Shown in pieces: positions 1-9,698 of a stretch of DNA of 64,000 bases (position 1 is the first letter of the stretch; each line of letters starts with the position of its first letter). The DNA is taken from contig CAZTFB010000004.1 in NCBI GenBank assembly GCA_964612595.1, positions 193 to 64,192 of the forward strand, in the 5' to 3' direction. Made by a program: the position numbers and the translations under genes. Below the pieces are notes generated by a model that had not been told where the DNA came from, ran no database searches, and saw only the letters and a list, made by a program, of their open reading frames with translations. Source of the DNA: an uncultured Gammaproteobacteria bacterium. GTDB taxonomy: Bacteria > Patescibacteriota > Microgenomatia > UBA1406 > HO2-37-13b.

Positions 1-1418
1 GGTTCGAGATTTAAGAGTATGACAAGCTTATCAGCATCAACGGGCCTAAACTCCTTAAGTTCCCATTGTAGCGTCGCATAGCCAGAGGTAACCGTCTTCA
101 GACGATCAAAGAAAAATGTAATAAGCTCGGCAAGCGGAATATCATAATACATAACCACCTGTGCTTGGTTATCCATGTTTAAAAACGTACCGCGTGACTC
201 CTCACAAAGTTTCATAACAACCCCGGTATACTCCTGGGGAGTAACAATCGTAACAAACGCAATCGGCTCCTCATATTGCGGTTTAGCCCCTTCGGGTGCT
301 TTATTTAGGTACTCAACTGTTGGAGCAGTGAGAACAATGCTCATATCAAACTCATTCTCGAGACGCTGTCGAACGACATCTGCGTGAAGAAGGCCAAGAA
401 ATCCCGTTTTAAAGCCTGATCCAAGCGCCTTGCTGTATATCGGTTCATACTGCAAAGCAGAATCATTTAACGCTAGCTTGTCCAATGATGTTTTAACCTG
501 CAGATAATCATCTGGATCTGTAGGAAAGATCGAACTAAAGACCATAGGTACCACATCTTTATACCCCTCGATAGCAGATAAATTAGATTTTGCAGCAACC
601 ATAGTATCGCCGACACGGACCTGATGAATATCTTTAAGACGCGTCGCGACGTAACCAATATCACCGGCAGATATAACGTCGAGTGGCTTTAATTCTGGGG
701 TAAAGGTACCGACCTCTTCGATAAGAACGTCACCATCTGTTGCACAAAGAGTAAGAGCACTATTTGTTCGCAGGGAGCCATCGAATACCTTTACAAAGGC
801 GATAACGCCTCGGTATACATCGTAATAGGAGTCGAATATAAGCGCCCGCGCTTCTTTTTCGACCGACGGCTTAGGCGCGGGCACTTTTTTTATTACATCT
901 TCCAATAATTCCTTTACACCAAATCCAGTTTTTGCAGAAATCTGCTGAATGGATTCTTCTTTAACGCCTAAAAATTGCACAAGCTGTTTTTTTGTTTCTT
1001 CGATTTGCGCCTGTGGCATATCGATTTTATTGATGACCGGGATAATCTCTAGGTTTTGCTCGATCGCTTTATACGTATGTGCAATTGTTTGTGCCTGGAT
1101 GCCCTTTGTTGCATCAACAAGCAACACGACCCCTTCTACACAAGCAAGCGTTCGCTCGACCTCATACGAAAAATCTACATGTCCCGGCGTATCAATCAAA
1201 TTTAACTCATACGTAATGTCGCCCATTGTATATTCCATATGTACGGGAGCAAGTTTTATTGTTATCCCTCGCTCACGCGATATTGGATTACGATCGAGGA
1301 GTTGTTCTTCATGCTTTTTTGGGTCAACAACACCCGTTAGTTCCAGAAGTCTGTCGGCTAACGTTGATTTACCATGATCGATGTGGGCGATGATAGCGAA
1401 GTTGCGAATATGTCTCAT
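1..1418 (-). CDS. lepA: Translation factor EF4/LepA GTPase, C-terminal part cut by window edge
   Basis: This ORF is absent from the track because it is open at the window edge. My translation of the minus strand from ATG 1418-1416 gives MRHIRNFAIIAHIDHGKSTLADRLLELTG...LIDTPGHVDFSYEV...VINKIDMP. These are the G1/G3/G4 GTPase motifs with a LepA-type N-terminus. The start overlaps the pyk stop (TAATG). Confidence 0.9.
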   Translation of the reverse strand, partial: MRHIRNFAIIAHIDHGKSTLADRLLELTGVVDPKKHEEQLLDRNPISRERGITIKLAPVHMEYTMGDITYELNLIDTPGHVDFSYEVERTLACVEGVVLLVDATKGIQAQTIAHTYKAIEQNLEIIPVINKIDMPQAQIEETKKQLVQFLGVKEESIQQISAKTGFGVKELLEDVIKKVPAPKPSVEKEARALIFDSYYDVYRGVIAFVKVFDGSLRTNSALTLCATDGDVLIEEVGTFTPELKPLDVISAGDIGYVATRLKDIHQVRVGDTMVAAKSNLSAIEGYKDVVPMVFSSIFPTDPDDYLQVKTSLDKLALNDSALQYEPIYSKALGSGFKTGFLGLLHADVVRQRLENEFDMSIVLTAPTVEYLNKAPEGAKPQYEEPIAFVTIVTPQEYTGVVMKLCEESRGTFLNMDNQAQVVMYYDIPLAELITFFFDRLKTVTSGYATLQWELKEFRPVDADKLVILLNLE

Positions 1419-2854
1419 TATACTTTCAGAAGCTTTACCGTTGAGGTCCCGCCTTCGACTGCCCATTTATCTCCGTGTAAAACAATCATCAGGCGGTCTT
1501 TTTTAACTAATTTAGTATCGACCAAATACTCAAGAGCATGCGTAATCTGATTCTTACGAACATCACTCTGGGCTTCTCCTTCTTTAAATAATATTGGTTG
1601 CACCGCAAAACTTAATGCTAATTTATCACGAACCTGTTTATCACCCGTAAAGGCAAATATTGGCATTGCTGGACGTGGGCGATAGCGAGAGAGTAAGCGT
1701 GCAGTTCTTCCAGATCGTGTAAAGACAATAAAGCCGCCCAATTCATTCTGTACATCCTTTGCGAGACTTAGGAATAGATTATATGCCATTTCACACACGC
1801 GCGATTCGTTATCCTCAGTTACAAACTTAAATCGTTTTCGTACATCAAATGTTAATTTTGTCTCGTTGTACGACGTAATTCGCTGCATCGCTTCGACTGC
1901 TTTAAACGGATACTTACCAAAAGCCGTTTCTCCAGAGAGCATTACCGCGTCGGTAAAATCGTATACTGCGTTTGCCACATCTGAAACTTCTGCACGGGTC
2001 GGAATGGGGTGCTCAATCATAGAATTGAGCATCTGTGTTGCTGTTATAACAGGCTTCGCCTTATCAAGACATTTTGTGATAAGCAGTTTCTGATAATAAG
2101 GAACTTCCTCGAAGGGAAGTTCAACACCAAGATCGCCGCGCGCAACCATAATGCCGTCTGATGCATCAATAATTTCATCGATGTTTTCGAGTGCGCGCAT
2201 TGTTTCAATTTTTGAAATCACATCCGCTTTAATATCATATTTTTTCATTTCTTTACGAAGATCTTGAATATCTTCTTTGGAGCGGACAAACGAAAGCGCA
2301 ATATAGTCAACCTCTTCGCGCGAAGCAAGTTTTATCCCCTCAAAGTCGCGCGCTACAAGGGCAGGGAAGGGGAAGTCGCCACCAGGGATATTCAGAGATT
2401 TTTTGTTCAGCAAAGTTCCTGCTGTTTGAGCAATCAAGTATGTATGTTTGCCCTCTTTATGAAACGTAAATCTAAAATTACCATCATCAGCAACAATCAA
2501 TTGACCCTCTGTAAGCGCATCAATTATGTCGGGGTAGGTAATAGATAGACCTTTCACACGCTCCTCAAATACAATACCACCGAAATATATTTTTTCGTTT
2601 TTAGCGAGCACCAACTGATCCTCAGGCATATTTATGCGGATGCTTGGACCTTGGAGATCGATAAGAGTAGAGACAGGCACCTTCATTTTTGCAGAAACAG
2701 TATTCACAAGTTTAATCCCTTCGCTGTGCCATTCGACTGTGTTGTGTTTGAAGTTAAAACGAAAGACCGTAACACCGGCATCGATAAGATCCTTTATCGC
2801 GCCCTCATGTAAAATATCAGGGCCTACTGTTGCGATAATTTTTGTGAGTTGCAT
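1418..2854 (-). CDS. pyk: Pyruvate kinase
   Basis: 478 aa. KIIATVGPD, FRFNFKHN, IMVARGDLGVELP and ATQMLNSM are pyruvate kinase barrel and active-site signatures. TACAAT at 2860-2865 lies 5 nt before the ATG. Confidence 0.9.
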   Translation of the reverse strand: MQLTKIIATVGPDILHEGAIKDLIDAGVTVFRFNFKHNTVEWHSEGIKLVNTVSAKMKVPVSTLIDLQGPSIRINMPEDQLVLAKNEKIYFGGIVFEERVKGLSITYPDIIDALTEGQLIVADDGNFRFTFHKEGKHTYLIAQTAGTLLNKKSLNIPGGDFPFPALVARDFEGIKLASREEVDYIALSFVRSKEDIQDLRKEMKKYDIKADVISKIETMRALENIDEIIDASDGIMVARGDLGVELPFEEVPYYQKLLITKCLDKAKPVITATQMLNSMIEHPIPTRAEVSDVANAVYDFTDAVMLSGETAFGKYPFKAVEAMQRITSYNETKLTFDVRKRFKFVTEDNESRVCEMAYNLFLSLAKDVQNELGGFIVFTRSGRTARLLSRYRPRPAMPIFAFTGDKQVRDKLALSFAVQPILFKEGEAQSDVRKNQITHALEYLVDTKLVKKDRLMIVLHGDKWAVEGGTSTVKLLKV

Positions 2855-2875
2855 GGGTATATTGTATCACGAAAG

Positions 2876-4567
2876 CTATATCCTTTTATAGATACGAACA
2901 ACCGGGTGATCAAAGACCGTCCATGTTTCTTCTGCGTTTTCATCGCGTATTTCGTAGAGCGTTTTGCCAAAAAGCGAAATACGCGGATATGAGGTAATTT
3001 CTGCAACTTTTATGAAAGGAAGCTGGCCAGAAAAAAGCTTGTCATAATAATCGTTGATACGTGGATAGGTTTCTCGCAGTTTTTGACAGGTATTCTTTCT
3101 ATAACCCTGTAAAAGCATTGTCCTTTCGCTATCAAACACCTCACCATTTATATAGCGATAACAGGTATTATTAGTATAAATTCTGCGCGAGGGGATAAAA
3201 ATATAATCAGCTGTTGCCATAAGCCTTTCGAGATTATCGGCAAGTTGTTCGTCGCTGTCGACGTGATAAAGGTCAAACGATGCAATCTCGTAGTTTGGCA
3301 TGGTCATTCCGGGTTTGAAAACCAACGGCACATCAACAACATTTGCCGTTTCAGATAAAACCTTTGCACCAGCGGGCATATATGCTTTGATCCATTCCGA
3401 TGCTTTAAATCGTACATCGTTATTTTTATATATAGAAAGATACGCTATGCCGGGGAGTATGAGCAGAATAATGCCCAGGTATAACAATCTCATACGGAGT
3501 TTTTGAACAACGGTCAAAAAACCAACCGCAATAAATACCGTCATAATCGGCATAATGGGGGAGATAAAGCGCGTCCATTTTGCATAAAGAAATGCGGAAG
3601 GGAGAAAAAAGAAGAAAAACGCAATGCGAAGAAGGTTGAATTTTTTATTGTACGGAAGAAACAACATAGCAAGTATAAAAAGTAGTAATTGGGCCAATCC
3701 AAGAACATAAGGGAAGATTCGCGTGAAGTGAAAAAGAATGGGAACAGTATGGTCAAACTGTCTGTTGTAAAAAGCCACGACGGTCCCTTGACCAATGCCG
3801 ATTTCATACATCATTGCACTGCGGAATTCGGTATACGAGATAAGATTGTGTGGAGAAAAATAAATAGCAGCGATTCCGGCAAAAATTAGAAACATTCCAA
3901 TAGATAATATCTTTGCATTGTCTTTAGCATTGATGATGGCAACAACAGGAACGGCAAGAAATAGAATAGATGAGACTTTAGATGCGATCGCACATCCTGC
4001 AAGCAGCGCAGCGAGATAGAGCGCGCGATCGCTCTTTCTACTCTGCAGCATACGCAAAGAATAATACACAATACCCGTATACAGCGCCATTAAAAGTGAT
4101 TCTGTCGTACCAAAATGCGAAAACTGCACAGCGTATGGGGTAAAGGTAAAAAGGAGCATTGTTACGACGGTAGATGCAATATCAAGATGTTTTTTTTCGC
4201 GCACCATATGCACGATACGCACGAGGAAATATAGGTTGAGAAGCGACGCCATCGCAGCGATAGTTCGCAATGCCAGCGTCGCTTCAACAAACGAGATAGG
4301 TGATGAAGCAATTCCTTTCACCAGATGCCATGCCTTTACAAGGCCATAACCAAGATATAAAGGAAACTGTCCGTAGGCAAAAAAATGGGGATTAAAGCAT
4401 TCTTTCAGTGAGCTTCCACGTGGACAGCTAAGATCTTGTAGGGCAGCCGACATATTTCGCTCATCGGGATGCATAGGATAGGGAAGTCCCCAATCAAGAC
4501 CCACAAATCTTGTATACAAAAAAACTCCCAAAAGAAGAGCAATTATGAGGTGCTTTTTTTGCAACAT
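2876..4567 (-). CDS. GT-C membrane glycosyltransferase, PMT/ArnT-like (copy 1)
   Basis: 563 aa with about 10 or more hydrophobic helices followed by a ~170-aa soluble tail. The first loop after TM1, GLDWGLPYPMHPDERN, carries the acidic D-E pair typical of GT39/GT83 first loops. Confidence 0.65.
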   Translation of the reverse strand: MLQKKHLIIALLLGVFLYTRFVGLDWGLPYPMHPDERNMSAALQDLSCPRGSSLKECFNPHFFAYGQFPLYLGYGLVKAWHLVKGIASSPISFVEATLALRTIAAMASLLNLYFLVRIVHMVREKKHLDIASTVVTMLLFTFTPYAVQFSHFGTTESLLMALYTGIVYYSLRMLQSRKSDRALYLAALLAGCAIASKVSSILFLAVPVVAIINAKDNAKILSIGMFLIFAGIAAIYFSPHNLISYTEFRSAMMYEIGIGQGTVVAFYNRQFDHTVPILFHFTRIFPYVLGLAQLLLFILAMLFLPYNKKFNLLRIAFFFFFLPSAFLYAKWTRFISPIMPIMTVFIAVGFLTVVQKLRMRLLYLGIILLILPGIAYLSIYKNNDVRFKASEWIKAYMPAGAKVLSETANVVDVPLVFKPGMTMPNYEIASFDLYHVDSDEQLADNLERLMATADYIFIPSRRIYTNNTCYRYINGEVFDSERTMLLQGYRKNTCQKLRETYPRINDYYDKLFSGQLPFIKVAEITSYPRISLFGKTLYEIRDENAEETWTVFDHPVVRIYKRI

Positions 4568-4611
4568 AACATCTAGTATAGCTCATTCTGTGCTATAATC
4601 ACTCCATTGCT

Positions 4612-5373
4612 ATGAAAAGCGCAAAGACGTTAAAACAAGACGAAATAGTGTTACATAAAACACTGGCAAAAAAATACGGCAACATCCGCGAAACAAGTCT
4701 CTATTATAACTACTTCAATGACTACTGGCTTAAACTTTTTAAAGAAATGCTTCCACGAAGAAAATATGCGAAGGCTCTTGATCTAGGCTGTGGCACGGTA
4801 GAATTCTACGAATTTATAACGAAATCCGTTGGTGCGTCATATACAGGCACTGATCTTTCTCCGGATATGTTGGAGGTAGGGAAGAAAAAGTATCCAAAAG
4901 CTGAGCTTGTAGAAGCGGATGCTGAGGATCTTCCTTTCAAAGATGATTCTTTCGATTTTGTCATGACACGTGGGCTTGTTCACCATCTGCCAAATCCAGA
5001 AGTTGGCATTGCTGAAGCATATCGTGTGTTAAAAAAGGGGGGCTACTTTCTTGTGTCTGAGCCGCACAGTAATATTTTTCTGTATTATGCACGAAAGGCT
5101 TTTTATAAAAAATCTGCACATTTCTCAGACAGTCATAAATCGTTCCGCCGCGGTGAGTTTAAGGATCTTATCGAATCCGGCGGCTTTAAAATAAAAAAAG
5201 TTCGCTACTGGGGGATTCTTTCGTTCCCTTTTGCCTTTCCAGATATTCTACCGGCATACAAATTTCTCCCGCTGTCGATGTTTAAACTTTTCGTGCAAAT
5301 TGATCGATATCTCACAAGAATTCCAGTCATAAATACCTTTGCCTGTCACATGGTGGTATTGGCACAAAAATAA
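4612..5373 (+). CDS. Class I SAM-dependent methyltransferase
   Basis: 253 aa. SAM motif I is ALDLGCGTVEF, followed by TGTDLSPDML and the LKKGGYFLVSEP motif. Confidence 0.8.
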   Translation: MKSAKTLKQDEIVLHKTLAKKYGNIRETSLYYNYFNDYWLKLFKEMLPRRKYAKALDLGCGTVEFYEFITKSVGASYTGTDLSPDMLEVGKKKYPKAELVEADAEDLPFKDDSFDFVMTRGLVHHLPNPEVGIAEAYRVLKKGGYFLVSEPHSNIFLYYARKAFYKKSAHFSDSHKSFRRGEFKDLIESGGFKIKKVRYWGILSFPFAFPDILPAYKFLPLSMFKLFVQIDRYLTRIPVINTFACHMVVLAQK

Positions 5374-5377
5374 TCTC

Positions 5378-6604
5378 ATGAAGGACTCCTTCAAAAGAAT
5401 CATTATTAAGGGGACATTCATACTCACCATCTCAAATTTTATAGTTAGTGGATTAAACTATCTATCAAACTCGCTATCTGCAAAATCATTAGGACCATCC
5501 GGATTTGGCGAGCTATCGACGCTTTTTGCCTACCTGAATGTGCTCAATATTCCGCTTACTGTTCTTACCACACTTATTATTGTAAAGGTAGGCAAATCTC
5601 AGGAAAATAGACTTAAAGTCGCCCACGAAATCGAACATATATTTATAATGAAGTTTATTGAAAAAAGATTGCATGCACTTATCGCGCTTTGTAGTGTTTT
5701 GGCTGTGCCATTTGTCACAAACTTGTCATATGCAAGTTCATGTGTTTTATACGTGCTCGTGTTTCTAAGCATTCTTGGGACATTGTACTTTGCACTACTA
5801 CAGGGACTTCATTTATTTTCACAATTCGCAATTGTTCTCATCGTTGTATCACTTTCTAGATTACTTGGCACAGTTGCATCGTATATGGGTTACGGTGGTT
5901 TGAATAGTATTTATGTGGGTATTATTACCGGGGGAGTAATTGCCCTTATGCTTTCACGAAAATACATCCCTAAAAACACCTCTAAACAGATTCGGCCAAA
6001 GAATCTAAGAATTCGTGACTATATTCTGAGAAAGCAAACACTTATCACTGCGATCGCATTATTAGCAGTAGCATTACTTATGAATGTCGACCTCATGTTT
6101 GTTAAACGAAGTTTTTCACCTGTAGAAGCCGGTATATATAGTAGCTGGAGTTTACTTTCACGAATTATCGGTTACTTTACAGCGCCTCTCCTCGCTGTAT
6201 CTTTGCTTTTCTTTTCAGCCAAAGAGTCGGAAAAGGATCATAAAAAAGTTTTATATTTCCTTATGTCATCAATAGTTGTAATTGGTTCTTTCGCTTTGTT
6301 TCTCTATCAAACATATACCTCAGAAGTTCTATTACTTATATTTTCATCAAAGTTTTTAGGCATTGCACCACTTGCTCCCTACGCTGCTCTTTTTGGGATG
6401 CTCGTAACAATTATTGCACTCGTGACGAATTATCATATATCTAACAATAATTACGCTTCCCTTATAACACCGATTATTATTCCAATACATATAATTCTAT
6501 TAGTTATTTTTGGTATCTCACTAGAGAACATTATTGCCGTTAATGTTGGTTCTGCTTTTCTAACAGCTGGCATTCTAATAGTTAGTCTCCTACATACGTC
6601 ATGA
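5378..6604 (+). CDS. MOP/Wzx-type polysaccharide flippase (copy 1)
   Basis: About 12 TM helices. The N-terminus, LSNSLSAKSLGPSGFGELSTLFAYLNVL, is typical of 'polysaccharide biosynthesis protein' flippases. I prefer ATG 5378 over the track's TTG 5339, which overlaps the upstream gene. Confidence 0.6.
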   Translation: MKDSFKRIIIKGTFILTISNFIVSGLNYLSNSLSAKSLGPSGFGELSTLFAYLNVLNIPLTVLTTLIIVKVGKSQENRLKVAHEIEHIFIMKFIEKRLHALIALCSVLAVPFVTNLSYASSCVLYVLVFLSILGTLYFALLQGLHLFSQFAIVLIVVSLSRLLGTVASYMGYGGLNSIYVGIITGGVIALMLSRKYIPKNTSKQIRPKNLRIRDYILRKQTLITAIALLAVALLMNVDLMFVKRSFSPVEAGIYSSWSLLSRIIGYFTAPLLAVSLLFFSAKESEKDHKKVLYFLMSSIVVIGSFALFLYQTYTSEVLLLIFSSKFLGIAPLAPYAALFGMLVTIIALVTNYHISNNNYASLITPIIIPIHIILLVIFGISLENIIAVNVGSAFLTAGILIVSLLHTS

Positions 6605-7392
6605 CATACTCACATTTCCTTACCCTTATTATTCCCACCTACAAAGACGAGGACATTATAGTTAAAAGCGTGACGAGTATTAAGAAAGTGCTGGATAAAA
6701 TTAGATATGACTATGAAATTATTGTAGTAGTAGACGGCGAGGTAGATGCGACGTTTGAAAAACTAAAGCAGGCAGCCATACCAAAGACAACAGTAATTCA
6801 GTATAAAAAAAACCATGGAAAAAGTTTTGCAATAAGGGTTGGCATGCATTATGCAAAGGGTGATTACGTAATGTTTATTGATTCAGGTATGGAAATTCAT
6901 CCAAACGGCATCTCAATGCTAATCGAGCATATGGAGTGGTACAGCGCGGATATTATCGTCGGATCGAAACGTCACCCTGCTTCGCAAGTACGTTATTCGA
7001 CCATACGAAAAATTCTTAGCTATGGCTACTACATGTTTGTGCGACTACTTTTTCATGTTAATATTCACGACACGCAGGCAGGCATCAAGATCTTTAAAGC
7101 AAAGGTTTTAAGGAGGGTGCTACCGAAGCTTGTAGAAAAAAGATTTGCTGGAGACCTGGAGCTATTGGTTGTCGCGCATCAGCACGGTTTTACAAAAATC
7201 TATGAGGCGCCCATTAAGATGGATTATCGACTAGCAAATTTAACAAGCGCGGCAACTTTGAGATCTATCTATGGTATGTTTATCGATACACTGGCAATAT
7301 TTTACAGAGCGCATATTATTAACTACTATTTATTTAATCGAAGAAAATCTTTAGGGGTACCATCGAAGTTGAAAATTAAACGCTTTAAATAA
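6601..7392 (+). CDS. GT2 glycosyltransferase
   Basis: 263 aa. LIIPTYKDEDII...IIVVVDGEVDAT...MFIDSGMEIHP shows the GT-A fold N-terminus with a DxD-equivalent. An ATGA overlap joins it to the upstream flippase. Confidence 0.8.
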   Translation: MTYSHFLTLIIPTYKDEDIIVKSVTSIKKVLDKIRYDYEIIVVVDGEVDATFEKLKQAAIPKTTVIQYKKNHGKSFAIRVGMHYAKGDYVMFIDSGMEIHPNGISMLIEHMEWYSADIIVGSKRHPASQVRYSTIRKILSYGYYMFVRLLFHVNIHDTQAGIKIFKAKVLRRVLPKLVEKRFAGDLELLVVAHQHGFTKIYEAPIKMDYRLANLTSAATLRSIYGMFIDTLAIFYRAHIINYYLFNRRKSLGVPSKLKIKRFK

Positions 7393-8505
7393 ATGAACAT
7401 TGTGTGGTTTACATGGAAGGATACGTCACATCCCGAAGCTGGAGGGGCAGAAAATATTAGTAGCAAGATAGTAAAAGGACTAGTAAAAGACGGCCATGAA
7501 GTTATTGTAATAACAAGTCGTTTTCCTGGTTCGAAGAAAAAAGAAATTCGTGATGGTTATAAAATTATTCGTGTTGGTAATCGCTACACAGTCTACTGGG
7601 AAGCGTATAGATATTATAAAAAACATTTAACTGATTGGACGGATGAAATTATTGAAGAGATAAATACTATTCCGTTCATGACACAATGGTATGCGCGAAA
7701 GAGACGTACCCTTTTGATCTATCAACTATGCCGAGAAATTTGGTTTTATCAACTATGGTTTCCACTGAGTTTGATTGGCTATCTTATTGAACCCGTCTAT
7801 CTCTGGCTCCTAAGAAATAATAGAGTTATTACGGAATCAGAAAGTACAAAAAAGGATTTACAGCGATTTGGCTTTAAAGAAAAGAATATTTCTATTTTCC
7901 CCATTTGCATTGACATCTATCCCCTTAAATCAATTGACCAAAAAAAGAAACATAAGCAGTTCACGTTGCTTTCACTTGGAACAATTAGAAACATGAAACG
8001 TACACTTGACCAGATTAAAGCTTTCGAGCTCGCTAAGAAAGAAATTCCTGAACTTCAATTGAAAATTGCTGGCAAAGCAGTTGGAAAGTATGGTAAAAGT
8101 GTTTTGAAATATATAAATAATAGTCCATTTTTAAAAGATATTGAGTATTGTGGAAGTGTAAGTGAACGAGTGAAAACAAAGCTACTTCGAAGCTCAAATG
8201 TACTCCTTGTTACTTCAGTAAAGGAAGGGTGGGGTCTAATTGTTACAGAAGCTGGAAGTCAGGGTACACCATCCATCGTATATGATGTAGATGGGCTACG
8301 TGACGCTGTTAATTTTGGAAAGGCAGGATATGTAACTCAAGAGAACAATCCTGAAAGTTTAAAAAAATCAATTATATCCTTGTACAAATTCTATACAAAA
8401 CTCGATATTAATAAGGTTCAGCAATGGCATCGTCAATTCACCAATAAAAAAACTGCACAAATTTTAAACGGTATTTTATTTAAGAATCCCTATTATGCTA
8501 AATAA
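7393..8505 (+). CDS. GT4 (GT-B fold) glycosyltransferase
   Basis: 370 aa. The N-terminus HPEAGGAENISSKIVKGLVKDGHEVIVIT and the C-terminus EGWGLIVTEAGSQGTPSIVYDVDGLRDAV match the E-x7-E type GT4 motif. Confidence 0.75.
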   Translation: MNIVWFTWKDTSHPEAGGAENISSKIVKGLVKDGHEVIVITSRFPGSKKKEIRDGYKIIRVGNRYTVYWEAYRYYKKHLTDWTDEIIEEINTIPFMTQWYARKRRTLLIYQLCREIWFYQLWFPLSLIGYLIEPVYLWLLRNNRVITESESTKKDLQRFGFKEKNISIFPICIDIYPLKSIDQKKKHKQFTLLSLGTIRNMKRTLDQIKAFELAKKEIPELQLKIAGKAVGKYGKSVLKYINNSPFLKDIEYCGSVSERVKTKLLRSSNVLLVTSVKEGWGLIVTEAGSQGTPSIVYDVDGLRDAVNFGKAGYVTQENNPESLKKSIISLYKFYTKLDINKVQQWHRQFTNKKTAQILNGILFKNPYYAK

Positions 8506-8578
8506 TTTTCTTAGTTTGGAAAACTCAATTTGATACGTAAAGTCTTGATAAAAGAACGTACTAACACTACAATGTAGC

Positions 8579-9598
8579 ATGTCTTCAGCTGAAAATCAGC
8601 CGTTAACCAGAAGTATATACGGTGATGTGTTAAAAGTTATGCAAGGTTCGGTGACTAGCCCTGAAGAGGTAATTTCATTTAAAAACCCAAATGAACCAGT
8701 TCACGCTACGGTTCAACTTGTTCAAGAAGGTTCTGGACTTATCGGTCTTGAAAATGTTGAGGATAACAAGGAATGGTCTGGGCTTTTCAATCATGTTCTC
8801 CTTACAGCAAGAGTGGCATCACATCTCGGAAGAGAATTGCAGAAAGTAGGAGAGCACGTTGATATAAATCTACTAAAAGCAGCTATTCTTTCATCACATA
8901 GTGGTAGAAGAATGTGGGATGAAAGCAATTGGTATAAAGATGCAGTCCCAGATTACAAATCAAAGCAAGGAAAAACAGATACAGACCTTACACTTGATCT
9001 ACTTCGAAAGGCCCAACTACCAGAAGAACTAATTGAAACAGTCGAGGCTCATGCTATAGGAAATCCGTATCCATACGAAAAAATGGATACATGGGAAAAA
9101 AAGCTAGCATTGTATGCTGATTTTCGCGTATCCCAAATTGTTACAACTCTAAATGAAAGATTTAATGATTTGCAGGAACGCGGTGTTACGATGGGTAGAT
9201 TTACACAACAATGGATTGACGATACAAGAAATTGGGCACAAGGTGTTGAAGATGAAATATTTTCAAAATTAGAAAATATTAAGCCCGAGTCGATTACAAA
9301 TGATAATCCTCCAATGCCATTATGGGAAGGCTATCTTCGAAGATTATACATTCAAGATGCAGAGGCTGGAATATTTAATAAAATTAGTAAATTTGAGGAA
9401 GAAATAAACAGGGCTGCCACAGAAGAAGAAAAAGTAAAAGCCAAGCTACAAATGGAAACTGATTTTCCTGTAAATACATGGTGGGGAAGATATGTAAGAG
9501 AATTATTTTACAATAGAAAAGAACCCTCCCGAAAGTCGAATAATAAAAATCTTGGTATATCACGAGCTATCGAATACTATTCGAGCAAAAAGAAATGA
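8579..9598 (+). CDS. HD-domain-like protein with degenerate HD dyad and Lys/Glu-rich tail
   Basis: 339 aa. FNHVLLTARVASHLG supplies the first His, and LSSHSGRR occupies the place of the usual LHDxG. It shares LALYADFRVSQ..LNERFNDLQERG with the canonical HD protein at 41213-41926. Confidence 0.4.
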   Translation: MSSAENQPLTRSIYGDVLKVMQGSVTSPEEVISFKNPNEPVHATVQLVQEGSGLIGLENVEDNKEWSGLFNHVLLTARVASHLGRELQKVGEHVDINLLKAAILSSHSGRRMWDESNWYKDAVPDYKSKQGKTDTDLTLDLLRKAQLPEELIETVEAHAIGNPYPYEKMDTWEKKLALYADFRVSQIVTTLNERFNDLQERGVTMGRFTQQWIDDTRNWAQGVEDEIFSKLENIKPESITNDNPPMPLWEGYLRRLYIQDAEAGIFNKISKFEEEINRAATEEEKVKAKLQMETDFPVNTWWGRYVRELFYNRKEPSRKSNNKNLGISRAIEYYSSKKK

Positions 9599-9698
9599 GT
9601 TTTATGTAAGATCAAGGAGATAAAATTTACAATCTAGAATGTTTGATTAGATAATTTATCAAATTAATAAAGAATCACTATAAAAATAGTAAATTGAT

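Noticed and set aside
949-1377. 142-aa plus-strand ORF
   Set aside because: It is antisense to the clearly conserved lepA reading frame and has a low-complexity Ser/Cys-rich translation. It is a shadow ORF.
3300-4071. Several 60-90-aa ORFs, including Lys-rich ones
   Set aside because: They are antisense or out-of-frame shadows of the 563-aa GT-C membrane protein gene.
5339-5377. TTG-initiated N-terminal extension of the first flippase as evidence of gene fusion or frameshift
   Set aside because: The extension overlaps the methyltransferase 3' end. ATG 5378 lies just after that stop and gives a normal flippase N-terminus.
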